From Octopus vulgaris (Eukaryota), in the NCBI GenBank assembly GCA_951406725.2, contig OX597816.1:134788001-134852000 (forward strand): 64,000 bases of DNA, given 5' to 3'. Below, piece by piece: positions 40,533-53,954 of the stretch (the stretch's first letter is position 1; every line of letters starts with the position of its first letter). A program made the translations under genes and the position numbers. The notes under the pieces were generated by a model that saw only the letters and a program-made list of their open reading frames with translations, did not search any database and had not been told where the DNA came from.

Positions 40533-41289
40533 CAACAATTGAGGGTAAAATTAATTAATTAATCAATTTCACCAAGTGTTCAGTATGTAAAAGGACCATT
40601 TAAGGCGAATTCAAAATATTACATTATATAATTAGGGCTTAGTAAAATAAATTACTTTGCCACATACTGAACTTAGTAGAAATAGCAGCCAAAAAAAATT
40701 TTCTTAGCATTTCTACTACTTAAAGAAAATTTCTCTCAGATAATGTTTACTCCAGACAGCTCACGAAGGTTTGGAGGTAAATACAGAAAAATATCACAAG
40801 TACATAGATCGTTTGAGTACGTCAACGTTTCAAGATTAGCCAAATAAAATCAGCATTTCTTTCGTCAGCTCAAAATTTCTTAATTTGGATTTGGAAACAC
40901 TAAAAAGAAGGAACTTTACCTATCAGCGAACTTGTCGCTTCAGATGAACCACTCCAACTAAACAGTGTCAACAAATTCAAAATGCGTAGGCGTAAATCTC
41001 TGCACTCCCTATTCCACCCACGTGGTCTATCTAGCAAACATTATATTTTAACCGCGAGAACCGAGGCAGTATGACCGAGAGAAATGAATTATAATATCAA
41101 CAATTGAGGGTAAAATTAATTAATTAATCAATTTCACCAAGTGTTCAGTATGTAAAAGGACCATTTAAGGCGAATTCAAAATATTACATTATATAATTAG
41201 GACTTAGTAAAATAAATTACTTTGCCACATACTGAACTTAGTAGAAATAGCAGCCAAAAAAAATTTTCTTAGCATTTCTACTACTTAAA
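40531..41289 (-). mobile_element. Non-coding hammerhead-containing element: 565-nt monomer plus 194-nt direct repeat (retrozyme / non-autonomous PLE)
   Basis: Direct repeats 40531-40724 and 41096-41289 (one mismatch seen), flanked by (TA)n, with a hammerhead in the unique part. Confidence 0.8.
40812..40874 (-). ncRNA. Type I hammerhead ribozyme (intact core)
   Basis: Minus strand TTTGAG-CTGACGA-AAGA..TCTT-GAAA-CGTTGACG-TA-CTCAAA; GUA cleavage triplet. Confidence 0.85.
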
Positions 41290-41337
41290 TATATATGTAT
41301 GTATATGTTTGTGTGTGTGTGTAATTATATATATATA

Positions 41338-41388
<51 letters not shown>

Positions 41389-42007
41389 GTGTGTGTGTGT
41401 ATGATCGCGTGTACACACACTCAGACATGCGTAGAAATGTATGAATTATGATCAGCAGGGAGTCTGTGAATCTGAGCCACAGTATGAACGAACGAAAGCG
41501 TGTGAATTATTCGTGTATGTGAAATCACTACAGAAATTTATATATAGATATATATATTCTTGAGCAATTAGATGTGTGTCGTGGGGTGGCACTTGAAAGA
41601 GTTGGTGTGAGTATGAAAAGAGAGAGAGAGAGAGAGAGAGAGAGTGCGAGAGAGGAACTCAGAAATTCTAGAGACACAAAGAAAAAAAGAGGGTGATACA
41701 TTGATATAAATATATAAAAGGAATACATATTATATAAAACATTTTGTATAAAGTGTGATTCAGTAGTTCTTTTAATACTTAAACGTTATAAAATACTTTT
41801 ACTTATAATTTTATCATAATTTTTTGAAATATATATTTATGTTGTGAATATGATTTGACATATATGTTGTTTAATATATTTTAGAAAAAATGTCATTATC
41901 AAAAACGATCTAATATAGCCGTAATCTTGATCAATACCTAGTACAATACCTAGTACAATACCTAGTACAACTGCCGATGATGCCCGGGCATATACATACA
42001 TATATAT

Positions 42008-42240
42008 ATTTCTTTACTACTCACAAGGGGCTAAACACAGAGGGAACAAACAAGGACAGACAAACGGATTAAGTCGATTACATCGACCCCAGTGCGTAAC
42101 TGGTACTTAATTTATCAACCCCGAAAGGATGAAAGGCAAAGTCGACCTCGGCGGAAATTTGAACTCAGAACGTAATGGCAGACGAAATACCGCTAGACAT
42201 TTCGCCCGGCGTGCTAACGTTTCTGCCAGCTCGCCGCCTT
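42008..42240 (-). mobile_element. SINE family M, full length
   Basis: Reverse complement of the 1883-2114 consensus. Confidence 0.9.
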
Positions 42241-42258
42241 CATACTTATATATATATA

Positions 42259-43088
42259 TTAGGTTGGCAACTAAGTTCCCGCCGTTTTTTTAATTAAATT
42301 TTTTTTAAAGGTTTAATAATAAATAACAACTAATTAATCACTAATGTATTCACCCTTATTATTTACAACTTCTTCCCAACGTTCAACAAGATTTTCAGTA
42401 CCTCGTTGATAGAAATCACCCGATTTCGACTCGAAAAATTGATCCAACCAAGCTCTCAATTCTGCATCAGTTCTGAACGAAATTTCGTGCATAGCATTTG
42501 AAAGAGATCGAAAGAGGTGGAAATCCGTTGGTGCCAAATCAGGAGAGTACGGCAGGTGTGGCAGCACTTCCCATCCGTGCGTTTGAATGGCTTCCTTGGT
42601 CATATTGGCGATATGAGGGCGGGCGTTGTCGTACAGCGGAAGAACTCCATGCTGACGATTAGGTCTTTTCTCTTGAATAGCCGTGTTGAGTCGTTCCATC
42701 TGCTGAACATAGAGTTCCGCGTTGACTACTTGGTTCCGTTCAAGCAATTTGTAAAGGATAATCCCTTCCCAGTCCCACCATACACACAACATCGTTTTAC
42801 GCGGATGAAGATCTTGTTTCACGCGCAGTGTCACTTGTTTACCGGGGCTAAGCCATTCCTTTACACTGCTTCATATTGATGCACAGCACCATTTTTCGTC
42901 GCCAGTAACAATTCGGTAAAGAAATCGTTGCTTGTGTCCATGAGTTGAGCGGTGACGAGCAAGCAAACCAGCGGAGATTGTGGCTCATTGATTTTTGTTG
43001 TTGTCACTTAAAGCATGCGGAACCCATACTCCATACTTCTTAACTTTTCCTAGCGAGTGAAGATGCTTCTCTATAGCAGTGTGGGAGC
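42259..43088 (-). mobile_element. Mariner transposon (3' TIR and catalytic domain), 5' truncated
   Basis: WVPHAL, IVTGDEKW, YDNARPH and YSPDLAPTD motifs (ORF 42334-42834); TIR TTAGGTTGGCAACTAAGTTCCCGCCGTTTT after TA. Confidence 0.9.
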
Positions 43089-43275
43089 ATTCGAAGTTGT
43101 CTTTCCTCAGTCGAGTTCCAGATTATCTTTGCAATTTCAGCTGGTTATACTCGACATTGTTCCAATCTGGCCAGCCCCAAGGAAAAACTAAGCTAAGAGC
43201 ACTAGATTCCTTGGAAGAAATCAGTGAATGTATACGAAAACAAGGACGGAAAAAAAGCTTTACGACAGGGACATA
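43088..43275 (-). repeat. Interspersed repeat with predicted pseudoknot-like pairings; homologous to 49330-49490
   Basis: Minus strand CCAGCTGAAATTGCAAAGATAATCTGGAACTCGACTGAGG aligns with TCAGCCGAAATTGCGAGGATGATCCGGTTCTTGATTGAGA. Confidence 0.55.
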
Positions 43276-44233
43276 AGAGATGACAGGCATAGGGAGGAAT
43301 GTAGATGTTGCACGAATGGTAGTCGAACCAAGAACAAAAGGTCAGGCTTGGCCGAACATCGGTCACGTGGAGAGAGAAGAAAGGGAGAGAGAGAAAGAGA
43401 GAGAGGTAGAGGCAGAGGCATAGAAAAATTAGGGAGGGATGAGAAAAAAGAAAAGTGACAGAGTGGAGTGAGAGAAGGAGGAAAGGTGAGAATGAAAGGT
43501 GAGAGACTTCTCTTTACCGAACTTGCTGGATTTGTGCTAAAATTTGAAGCCAGAATATGATTTATAATTCAGACACTGTGCAGGGTAGTTACCAATTTAC
43601 CTATTTACTATAACTACTCTACACTGTCTAAATTATAAACTATAAATTAAAGGCTCTGAAGTGAAACCACATGTTTTGATGGTCTACTCTCAATTTCTAA
43701 TACATATTATATATATAGAGATATATATACCCGCTTCACGATGAGCCACTTCTTGCCAGCTTTGTTAGGCAGCCTTCATCACCAACCTGTTTTCAGTTGC
43801 TGTTCATGCCGGAGTTTTAGGAGTAAACCAAACCGAGCACTTATAGTACATACTCATTACATTTCGTCATTAGACGAAAATTGTAAATATATTATTTTAT
43901 ATGTTTCAGCCCTTAAGCTGCTGGAGCACACACGCGCGCATACACACACACATTCCAATTTTGTGTTTGAAGCAGTTCAATGATGTAAACCTTATCAATA
44001 TCGCTTAATGTATGTGCGTTATTAAACGTTGTGAAGCTGAAGTATTTTATCCAGAGGAAATCCCTTTACAGCCCACCCCCTGGAAACCTATGGCTTGTGA
44101 GTGAGGTTATCAGTCGAAACTGTGTGAAATCTTGTCTTCTATATGTGTGTATATATATCTTTAATAATCTTTGATGCGTGTATATGTGGTCTGTCTACAC
44201 ACACACACACACACACGCATATAAATGCGCGTG

Positions 44234-44286
<53 letters not shown>

Positions 44287-44347
44287 ACACAAACATCCAT
44301 ACACACATATAAACACACAATACGCACGCACACATACAGACACAATA

Positions 44348-44385
<38 letters not shown>

Positions 44386-44449
44386 TATGTCGGAAGAAAT
44401 TTAAGGGAAAAACAGAGAAGCATACACATAACGGGTGCAAACTAGCTCA

Positions 44450-44518
<69 letters not shown>

Positions 44519-45055
44519 AAACCTACGAAGGATATATCATTCCATATATGTTCATAAAAGATTCAATGAGGGAACGTTTAAATGACGTTTAGGAAAGAAT
44601 AATGCAATGTATTGTGTGTATGGACAATGTTTGAAATGTATATTATATATATATATATATATATGTTGCAAATATTTTACTACGTGAAAATTGGAATATA
44701 TCTTATACGGAAGCTCATTAATATTAATAGTGAGAAATGTATTCAGTAAACATATTGAATAAAATTTGTATATTGTGGTGTATGCATGTCTCATTCTAAC
44801 AGCTTTGAGTATAGAACATGCCATAATGATGTAAATATTATTTTATGTGAACGGAATGCATGCTACGTTGATTATTGACAAAATATGCTACTTTTGGTAA
44901 ATGAATTTTGATCAGACCTAGCTTGAAAATATATGCCGTATTGCCACAAGTCTACATAAAATATATGAAATATGTTATGTCGCTGAATTTATTGAATACC
45001 AGTTTCCTTTTGGCTATACTAGTATGTTTGTTTGTGTGTATTTGTGTGTATTTGT

Positions 45056-45241
45056 GTGCAGGAGTGGCTGTGTGGTAAGTAGCTTGCTTACCAACCACAT
45101 GGTCCCGGGTTCAGTCCCACTGCGTGGCACCTTGGGCAAGTGTCTTCTACTATAGCCTCGGGCCGACCAAAGCCTTGTGAGTGGATTTGGTAGACGGAAA
45201 CTGGAAGAAGCCCATCGTATATATATATATATATATATATA

Positions 45242-45277
<36 letters not shown>

Positions 45278-45493
45278 AATACGTTTGTGCGTCTTTGTTT
45301 GTGCCCCCAACATCGCTTGACAACCGATGCTGGTGTGTTTACGTCCCTGTAACTTAGCGGTTCGGCAAAAGGGGGAGATAGAATAAGTATTAGGCTCACA
45401 AAGAATAAGCTCCGGGGTCGATTTGCTCGACTAAAGGCGGTGCTCCAGCATGGTCGCAGGCAAATGACTGAAACAAGTAAAAGAGTAAAAGAG
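45056..45493 (+). mobile_element. SINE family C, full length
   Basis: Head GCAGGAGTGGCTGTGTGGTAAG, internal TA/TG repeat, tail AAATGACTGAAACAAGTAAAAGAGTAAAAGAG. Confidence 0.9.
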
Positions 45494-47479
45494 CATATGT
45501 GTGTGTTTGCGCTTGCGCGTGTATAAAATGATTTTGCATTTGTGTTTAGAGTGCAAACCGCGAGAAGAATTAGTCAAATTCAGTAAAATATGTACCAGTT
45601 ATATACTGAATTTGATACAATCGAATATGGCAAAGAACATATATAGTGCTCGTGAAATTAATTGACAAACAGGTGTCACCATGATCATGATCATGTTTAT
45701 CATCCTCATTGTTTATGTGCATTTACATAGTTTATATGAGTGCAAGATAGTTTCAGTTTATTCTGCATCTTAGAGTAATTTCGTTATGAATGAATTCATC
45801 CACGAGTATTCCCCATGACTTTATATTTGTGCCTTTGTATTATCCCTTGGGTGCATGACATCTACTGGACATAATTATCATTTAGACATAGAACTATTTA
45901 TTTGATGAAACTTATCAGCTGGAATGGATATATATATTTGTATGTATGTATGTATGTATGTATGTATGTATGTGTGTGTGTGTGTGTGCGTGAATGCGCG
46001 TGTGTGTAAGTTTAATATATAATTGATAATTTTGGGGGTATGTAGCTAATAATCTGTTAAGCATATGATTAACCAAATTTGGCAATATATAACAATATAT
46101 AACAATATATAATCTGATGGCGATATAATTATCAGTTGAGCTTTTAATTATTGCTTATCAACTGTTGGTTGATTTACCTCGGAGATGAGTTGAGTATATG
46201 ACTATGATCACATCCAACTGACTGGCAATCAACACATTCACTCAGGCGGTTCTTCTTAAACATCTCATTGAGATATCACAGCATGGATTTTCTGATGATC
46301 TGACCTTTGATCTGACTTTCTTTCTTACTTGGTGCCATTTCACATTTTTACTGCACCGACACCCCGTGTAGAAAGCATGAATGTTGCGACTTCCCACTTC
46401 GTTTTTATGGTAAATTCAATGCCTTATTTAACGAATATACAAAGTGTGGTTGAATAAGTTATTTGCTTCATTTGCTTCCGCTCTTCAAAGTTCGTTAAAT
46501 TACAGGCTCTTGATAAGTGCGCTGTCGGCTCGAATAAATATTAAAGTTCATTGGTCAGATCTTTGTATTGATTTAATAACATACTGTTTGTATCTTGTCT
46601 GCATTCTGTCAGGAATAAAACAGAACAGCACAATCCAACATGATTATTTATAACGCTTTCAGTAACTGATAATGTTACAAGTTGGTTTGCTAGTAACATT
46701 ATCAGTTGAACTACAATTCTGAAAGCACAATACTTCCACCCACACTCAGATGGTTACATCGATAGAGAATCAAGCTATTCGTCGGAAGTTCGACGGTTTA
46801 CACAGACAAAACTCTCGCTGGAACAGTTTGTCTTCTGCAGGGTTTCTCATAAAAGTAGGTGAAGGCTTCCTAGGGCGAGCGAGGTGAGAATTAAAAAGGA
46901 GGCGGACAGACAGCCATATTTAAGATAAATTAATTTAGTTAAAAACTTTTAAACTTGTTCAATATCATGGCAAATAAAGAATAATATAGGAGTAAACATT
47001 AATTTATCGTCTACTTCTATCTCTTTCATACTACTAAGTTCAAATTCACCGTTCATCTTTTCAGGGTCGATACAATAAAGTACTAGTCAGGTTTTGGAGG
47101 TCGATGATATCGATTACTTTTTTGTCCTAAGAATTTCTGGGTTTCTGCTTAAATTAAAAGCTACCACAAAATTTCAGTAACTTTTTAGAGTGTGACTTGG
47201 TATTTATCAGCTTGAGAACCATTAGCCTAGTGTGAAAAGTGATAGGTGCACTGTGCTGAAGATGGTAAAGAGCACACACCACTCAAGTGATTTCGCGCCA
47301 GAAATCTCTGCTGTAGATTTATACGTCACTAAACAACATTCCTCTCATATCTACATTCAATGATTTCGCATGGATTGGTGTTTCTTTTCTAATCACTGGT
47401 TCGTTCTTTTCAAACGTCTTTATTGGTAATCGCTCTAGTTACAGGATACAAGGTGTGTCATAATCTTTTATCGTTTACT

Positions 47480-47740
47480 TGTGGTGGGAAACTAACACAA
47501 TGACACACACACACACACACACATACACACATAATATATATATATATGTGTGTGCGTGCGTCTGCGCGCGCGCGATGGGTGTGTACGACACATTTTCCGT
47601 TTCCACCTACCAAATCCACTCACCATGCTTTTGGTTGCCTCAGAGCTATAGTAGAAGACACTTGCTCGAGTTACCGCGCAGTGGAACTGAACCTGGAACC
47701 ATGTGGTTCGGAAGCAAACTTCTAACAACACAGCCGTACT
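47480..47740 (-). mobile_element. Degenerate SINE family C
   Basis: CTACCAAATCCACTCAC..GCTATAGTAGAAGACACTTG..GAACCATGTGGTT. Confidence 0.75.
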
Positions 47741-49277
47741 AGCTTCTGTCCCAGTAACCTGTGTTTAAAATGTGTTTCATCATTATGAGACACTGAATTT
47801 TGAAGATATTTTAAAAACATAATACAAAGTTTTATCTTTGTCAAAGAAAGGCAAGTGAGATTGTTTGATACACATGCTTTTATAACGGCATTAGCAATTC
47901 AAGTGATGTCAAATAATTCCAACCATGTCTGTTACCTTTGATGTAGGGTCAGATCTTCAGAAAATCCGTCATATTTTGCTGAAAGTTCTAACAAGTGCAT
48001 AACTCTTTGTAATCTGTTTCACACATCAGTGATTTATTGCTGGTAGTGACTTGTTTTACTGTGTTGTTTAACACTGAGTCAACCTGTTTGAGCAGATCTC
48101 TGACAAAGGCATTTCAATCGCGACCATCCCGCCTTTTTAATAGTATGTAAGACTATATTATTTAATGTTTCCATTCATTGTTGAAGACCATAGGGTGAGA
48201 TTTGAGGGAGATTATTGCTGATATTTCGATTGGGTCGAGTGACTACGTAGTAAGGTGTAGGATAAAAGGTACTGTTAGTTCTTAGCCTTTTAAAAAAATT
48301 ATTAGCAACGCTTAAGTGAAATAACTGAAGAATTACAAGCAGATATTAAAACCGACATATGTGCTAATGTTTATTGCAAGTTATTGTAGTTAATGGCTTG
48401 CAAGGAATGAGTTGCACATGGTTACTCCATATGGTAGAAATAGCAGCTAGATCTCCTTCAAATTACTTCAGATCGTCTTAAAAAATATGAATAAAAAGAC
48501 ATGACTAAAACGGATTCGATTCATAAGTGTGTTTATTCATAGCTGAGGTGAGGCTAAACAACAACAACAACACAAGCAACAACAACAACACAAGCAACAA
48601 CAACAATGTCGTTAAATAATACAGAAATATGTTTCTCAATATCACTAAAACGTGACAGCCACTATTACGCTTCAGCGTGACTAAAGTTAGTTAAATGATT
48701 CAACATTGATGTTTCTATATAATGTTGAAATCTACTGTCGTCAAATGGTGATATATTTATGCGCATAAGTCAAACGAAATGAGGCTAGGAAAATAGATCT
48801 ATGAGATAAACATTTTACATTCACATACGCACACTCGGCCACATACGCACTCGTGCGTTCACATAACACACACACACACACACAAACGAACAAAAACAAA
48901 ATAAGAAAAGCTGCAATCTCACACGCATACATTTAACAGACAGCTGCAGAGGACACGGAAGATCACTGTCTGAATGGCCTCCGAGATTTCGAGATTCGAC
49001 TTTTTTTTTCTTGCGGAGATATTTCAAAAATATTAGTTTACCAGCACAATCGCACCAACATTGAGGGTATATCAACTATGATCAATAATGATTTCGCCAA
49101 CATGACCGATGAATTATGACATGAAGTTAATCAATCAGTGCCATTGTGTAGGCTATAGTATATAAATATATTCCTAGATATATTGTGAAGTACACAGTAC
49201 CATTGAAACAAAACAATATCAACACAACAGTAATATATATATATATATATATAAGAGAACAAAGTGTACGTACGCCG

Positions 49278-49335
<58 letters not shown>

Positions 49336-51334
49336 CAAAATGGGACAAGAACGCAAAACATCCGGACAACTAGGTGATTAAAAAAGGGACAACAAAACAT
49401 CCAGATAGACTATACAAAAAACAAGGACGAGTCATTTGAAGCTTCCTATTCTCAATCAAGAACCGGATCATCCTCGCAATTTCGGCTGATATGTATATAT
49501 ATATACATATAGATAGATAGATAAAGATAAATTGAATAGTTATAAATGCAATATACATATATATATATATGTGTAATAAGCGAAAACGCGCAATTATATC
49601 ACTGTTTGTATGTAACAATATTTTTTAGTGTTAAAGAAAAATTATTCCTCTACACACATATTTTTAAAATTTTGCTTGAAAGAATTAAAATATTCGTTAA
49701 TCAATAAAAATAACTGCATTAAAATTTTCCATCGTAATTTAGTCATTTTTCATTAATAATGGCAATAACGTGCTAATTAAACCGTCGGAAAGGAGAGAAA
49801 ATTCAAGAAAATATCTTTTTTGTCTTTGTTACTAAATTATGATAGTCTAGAAAATAAAATTCTGCTTTAAATAGTAGTATTTATTTTTCAATTTATATTT
49901 TCCATTTTTTGGCCTCTTTTGTTTTCTTAACAATTATGTTGAAATTGGTAATTCTAGTTTAGAATATATTTCCTTTAATTTTTGTTGCTGCTAATTACAA
50001 AGCTAATCACAGTACTAAATTAGTCGGTATCATTCTTGCAGCAGTAATTGTTTTGGGTTAAAATCCAAGTTAATGACAGCCGTGTGATCAGAAAGTAGAT
50101 TATGTGTATATCGTGTTTTTTTTTAGATTCTTACCAAATCCAGTATAAAGAGGAGAATATTCCAAATTGAGCATGATTTATTTTTATCATTTAAGCAAGG
50201 GGAAAAGCAGTGCTCGTGAGGCTTTTGTAGGGCCTCTAAGACTGGTGGAAGAGAAGGAGGAAGATATCCTGAAAGTGGAGACCAGGTCTGAATGCTTGCA
50301 ATAGACAGGACTACACGAAAATTACCCAAAGTGCAAGCTGATGATGTTAAACTGTGCAGACGTATATACTAATATGTTATATATTGCAATGAATTTATCA
50401 TAAATAGCTAAAAATGAAAATCTACAGCCAAGCTTCAAGAACTCTAATTTCTACATTAGTTCACAGTAGTCTTTCTCTTTTTCCGCAACTTTAGACTCGA
50501 CACTCATATCCGTCTGATAGTTGAACTCTATAACTGTGCGTGAATTTTTTCTGTTTCATAGAATAATATCAGATCTATTGTTTGTATCGGGTTGAAATTT
50601 GTATTGGCTTGTTCCACCAGTATTACTTATTTTTAAAGATTCAGTGACATTCTGAATCTGGTGTACCTTTGCTATGACAGTCAGCCAGCTCTTCCTGTGG
50701 ACAGCACCGTAAATAGTTTTGGCAATAATGTCTCATAGAAAAATAATACCTTGCGAAGATTTGGGGGGAACTGATGATGATGTGAATAATACTTTTCACC
50801 TTGGTATACTACAGTTATAGATTTCTATCACATCGTTGAGGCCTGGAGGCATCCTCTTCTTTTTATTGATCAAATATTTAATAGATATTTTCTGCTTCTA
50901 AATTACGAAATCTTATCGTTCTATTTGAAGTGTGATGTAATCTTTCACGGTTCCAAGAGAGGCTATTCTGTAGCTGGTATCTTCTGTTTTGAGGGAATTG
51001 CATATATACATAATTTTCTACTGATCTTATAACTGACTCCCCCTAGCAAATTTCTGCTTAAGTAGGTTAGTCCGGTTACCCTTGGTTTACACGTAATAAC
51101 TGTACGATTACATATTCAGGTACCTACTTATTCAGGAGTTCTTCACTTACTTTAAACATGTTATAATTTTCACTGTTGAGTACACATGTAACACTCATTT
51201 TCTCCTTTACTGCTCAGAAGGTGTTATCTGAATGATATAATATGGCCTACAAAAGCTGTTGGATCGATCTTATGTCTTTGCTTCCATCCCTCTCTATCAC
51301 ATAGATCCTTTGAGTATACAGTTGTTGTGAAAGC

Positions 51335-51400
51335 TAATATTTTCCTAGTCTAAATGCTGGTACTGATAGTTAATATTTTCCTAGTCTAAATGCTGGTACT
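51335..51400. repeat. Tandem 30-bp duplication
   Basis: TAATATTTTCCTAGTCTAAATGCTGGTACT twice. Confidence 0.85.
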
Positions 51401-52294
51401 TGCAGTGGCACTGCAGAAACGTTATGGGATATTGTCTTCAGTATGTACAGCTCTGATTTTCATATCTCCATAAGTATTCCTTTGTCACCCTTGCTTTACT
51501 CACAGCACCAGCGGATACAACCTTCTCTTCAATTCTGAAATACTTGTAGTTTCATCATAGGAGATAGGAGAGATAGAGTGGACATTTATATCGATATATT
51601 CCTAGAGTAGTCAACAATACTGACTGATTGCCAAAAAACACTTATGCTCAATTTTTATGTTCTGTGAGAATCTTGAGATCAACCCAGTCTCTTTAAGCTG
51701 AAAACATTACCTGAACATAACTACACTCATCGACAAAAATATTGAGATAACATGAATTTTCCTTCTCCTCAGCATATTGAAACATAATCATGTAGCCTTG
51801 GTACTTCCTCACAAGGCTATCAAATGGTTTGTTGCTAGGGCGAAAAAGTAGTACAAGACAAGCTGTCACCCTGGAATATTTCTGTCGATAACCTAATTTA
51901 CGGCTATAGTGCTTCGTGGCTATTTTGTTGCTCTAGTTCTTAGAGTATAGACCATGTTGTAGTAAGTCCTTTATTGGCATTGACTATAGCAGATGAAACC
52001 TTGGCAAGGGGCACCAACTATAGTATCCGAGGTACAGAAAGAAACACCTTCTTACTGTTTATCTATACTGCGGATAGGCTATGGCGATGCAGCTTCGTTT
52101 CTTTAAGCACAGTTTTCACGAGGTATTTTTCTACACAGCCACAAACTTTTCTTTTCCCTTGCTTGCTCAACCCTCGCTACATCGTTTATTTCGCAATAAT
52201 TATGGAGAAACTTATTTAAGCAATCTATATATTGTATACACATAACATTTAAGAATACTGAAGAACTTTAGTTTTTGACATGTGTTTCCACGTT

Positions 52295-52346
52295 CTCAGG
52301 TACAAGTGTTGTCCGTGCAACAGCACGAACAACACTTGTACCTGAG
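52295..52346. repeat. 24-bp near-perfect hairpin
   Basis: CTCAGGTACAAGTGTTGTCCGTGC-AACA-GCACGAACAACACTTGTACCTGAG, one mismatch. Confidence 0.9.
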
Positions 52347-53954
52347 GCTGAAGTGAGTTTTCCTATAGAACGTGAGCTTTCTTTTGACAATAACCGACTG
52401 ACGGGTCTCTCTCACATAATTTTATATAAGGTAGTTTCGTAACAAATATCTGAAAATTATTCTCCTTTCCTCCTCCTCCTTCCGTCTCGCTTATTTGATC
52501 ATATTGTTTCTTTAAACTAAATATTTAACCATAATGTATTTGCTTATTTACTTTACTGATACAATCCACGCGAATAACTCCAGGTCATCCTGCGGAACCA
52601 CATTTACAACTTGGATAGTATCGTCTTACATGCTGCGGTATACTATTTGTGGACTATTTACAAATTTGCGGTTGACAAGCATACGTTTTACTACTACTTC
52701 TCTTCGCCAGCAAAGATTTCGGCTCACTACTCATAGTTATTTTTTAAGGGCAATTAGTTTACCTTGGGTGGCACTCATCAGCAGTACAGTACCCGTAAGT
52801 TTTGGAAAGTCTATCATAAGTTCAAAGCTGGCCGTTCGTGAATACTTTAATCACTTTGTATCTAATTAGCATCTAATTGTATCTTAGTGTCCAGGCTGAT
52901 GTATTTTTGGAGTGAAAGAATCCATTTTGATAGTGTGTTATCATATCGATCATTCTCTGCTGCTCCCGTCTATTGGTAATTTCCAAACAGTACACTAAAA
53001 CATTCAATGTCCCAAAACTTGGAGCACCAGTTTGTATTAGGTGTTCTTAATCAACTTGATCGATCACGAATAAAATCAAGCTAGTTGACTTTTTTTTATC
53101 GACTCGTGTTGTAATTGTTTTTCACTTAGTGACTTGCTGATGTAAAGAGTGAAATCCAAATTAACTCTTACCGTGAATTGTGTTTTGAGTCGTTTATAGC
53201 TTGCACTCATTTCTATTCCACTGTTTATAACCTGCATTCATTTTTATATGGCTGGCACGAGTGAAGACAACAGTCCAACCTTTGTGTTTTGTTAATTATT
53301 TTTGCTTTGATAGCGGTTCATGCTTTTAACAATTTTCTTGAGAATAGAATGTACTGAGCCGTTGTTTTTTTTACTTGTATATTTTTAATGGATGAGGAAT
53401 CGAAGTCAGAACCAAAGTTTTGCAAAGTGAACTTCGTCAATACACAGCTATACCTGGATCCACTACTCGAAACAAAGTATCCAAATAGACTGGATTATTT
53501 CTTTTAACACTTACCAGTTTACTGTTTGTTATATATCGTGTTTGTTGTATATATGCAGAAAATAACTAAACATGTCAATTAATGAAAAACTTGGGTTTTT
53601 CGTGAAGAGTCAAGATAATTTAGATATCAGACTTTTGGTCTTTTAGTCACGAGTTCTGTATTCTGCTATAATTAATATCTTAAGTTGGTACACAAGATTA
53701 TACTTGTCGATTGAATAGAATAACTACTTGACCCTAGAAATATCGAAGACATAAACGTTATCAGTCAATGATGATCTAGCTCCTTGTACATTACTTTTAA
53801 GGAAGCTACAGACCTAACCACAGATAAAGACTAATGGCAAAAACTGATTGGCTTAGTATCGAGTGTATTACATCTTTTATGTTTTTCACTATCTTTTCTG
53901 GAAATGAAGTGGTCCAGAGAAATGAAAAGGAAATTCGGTTCACATGATGTTGAG

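Noticed and set aside
48800-49075. Second promoter or exon-like CpG-richer patch
   Set aside because: No clear TATA/CCAAT arrangement or strong donor.
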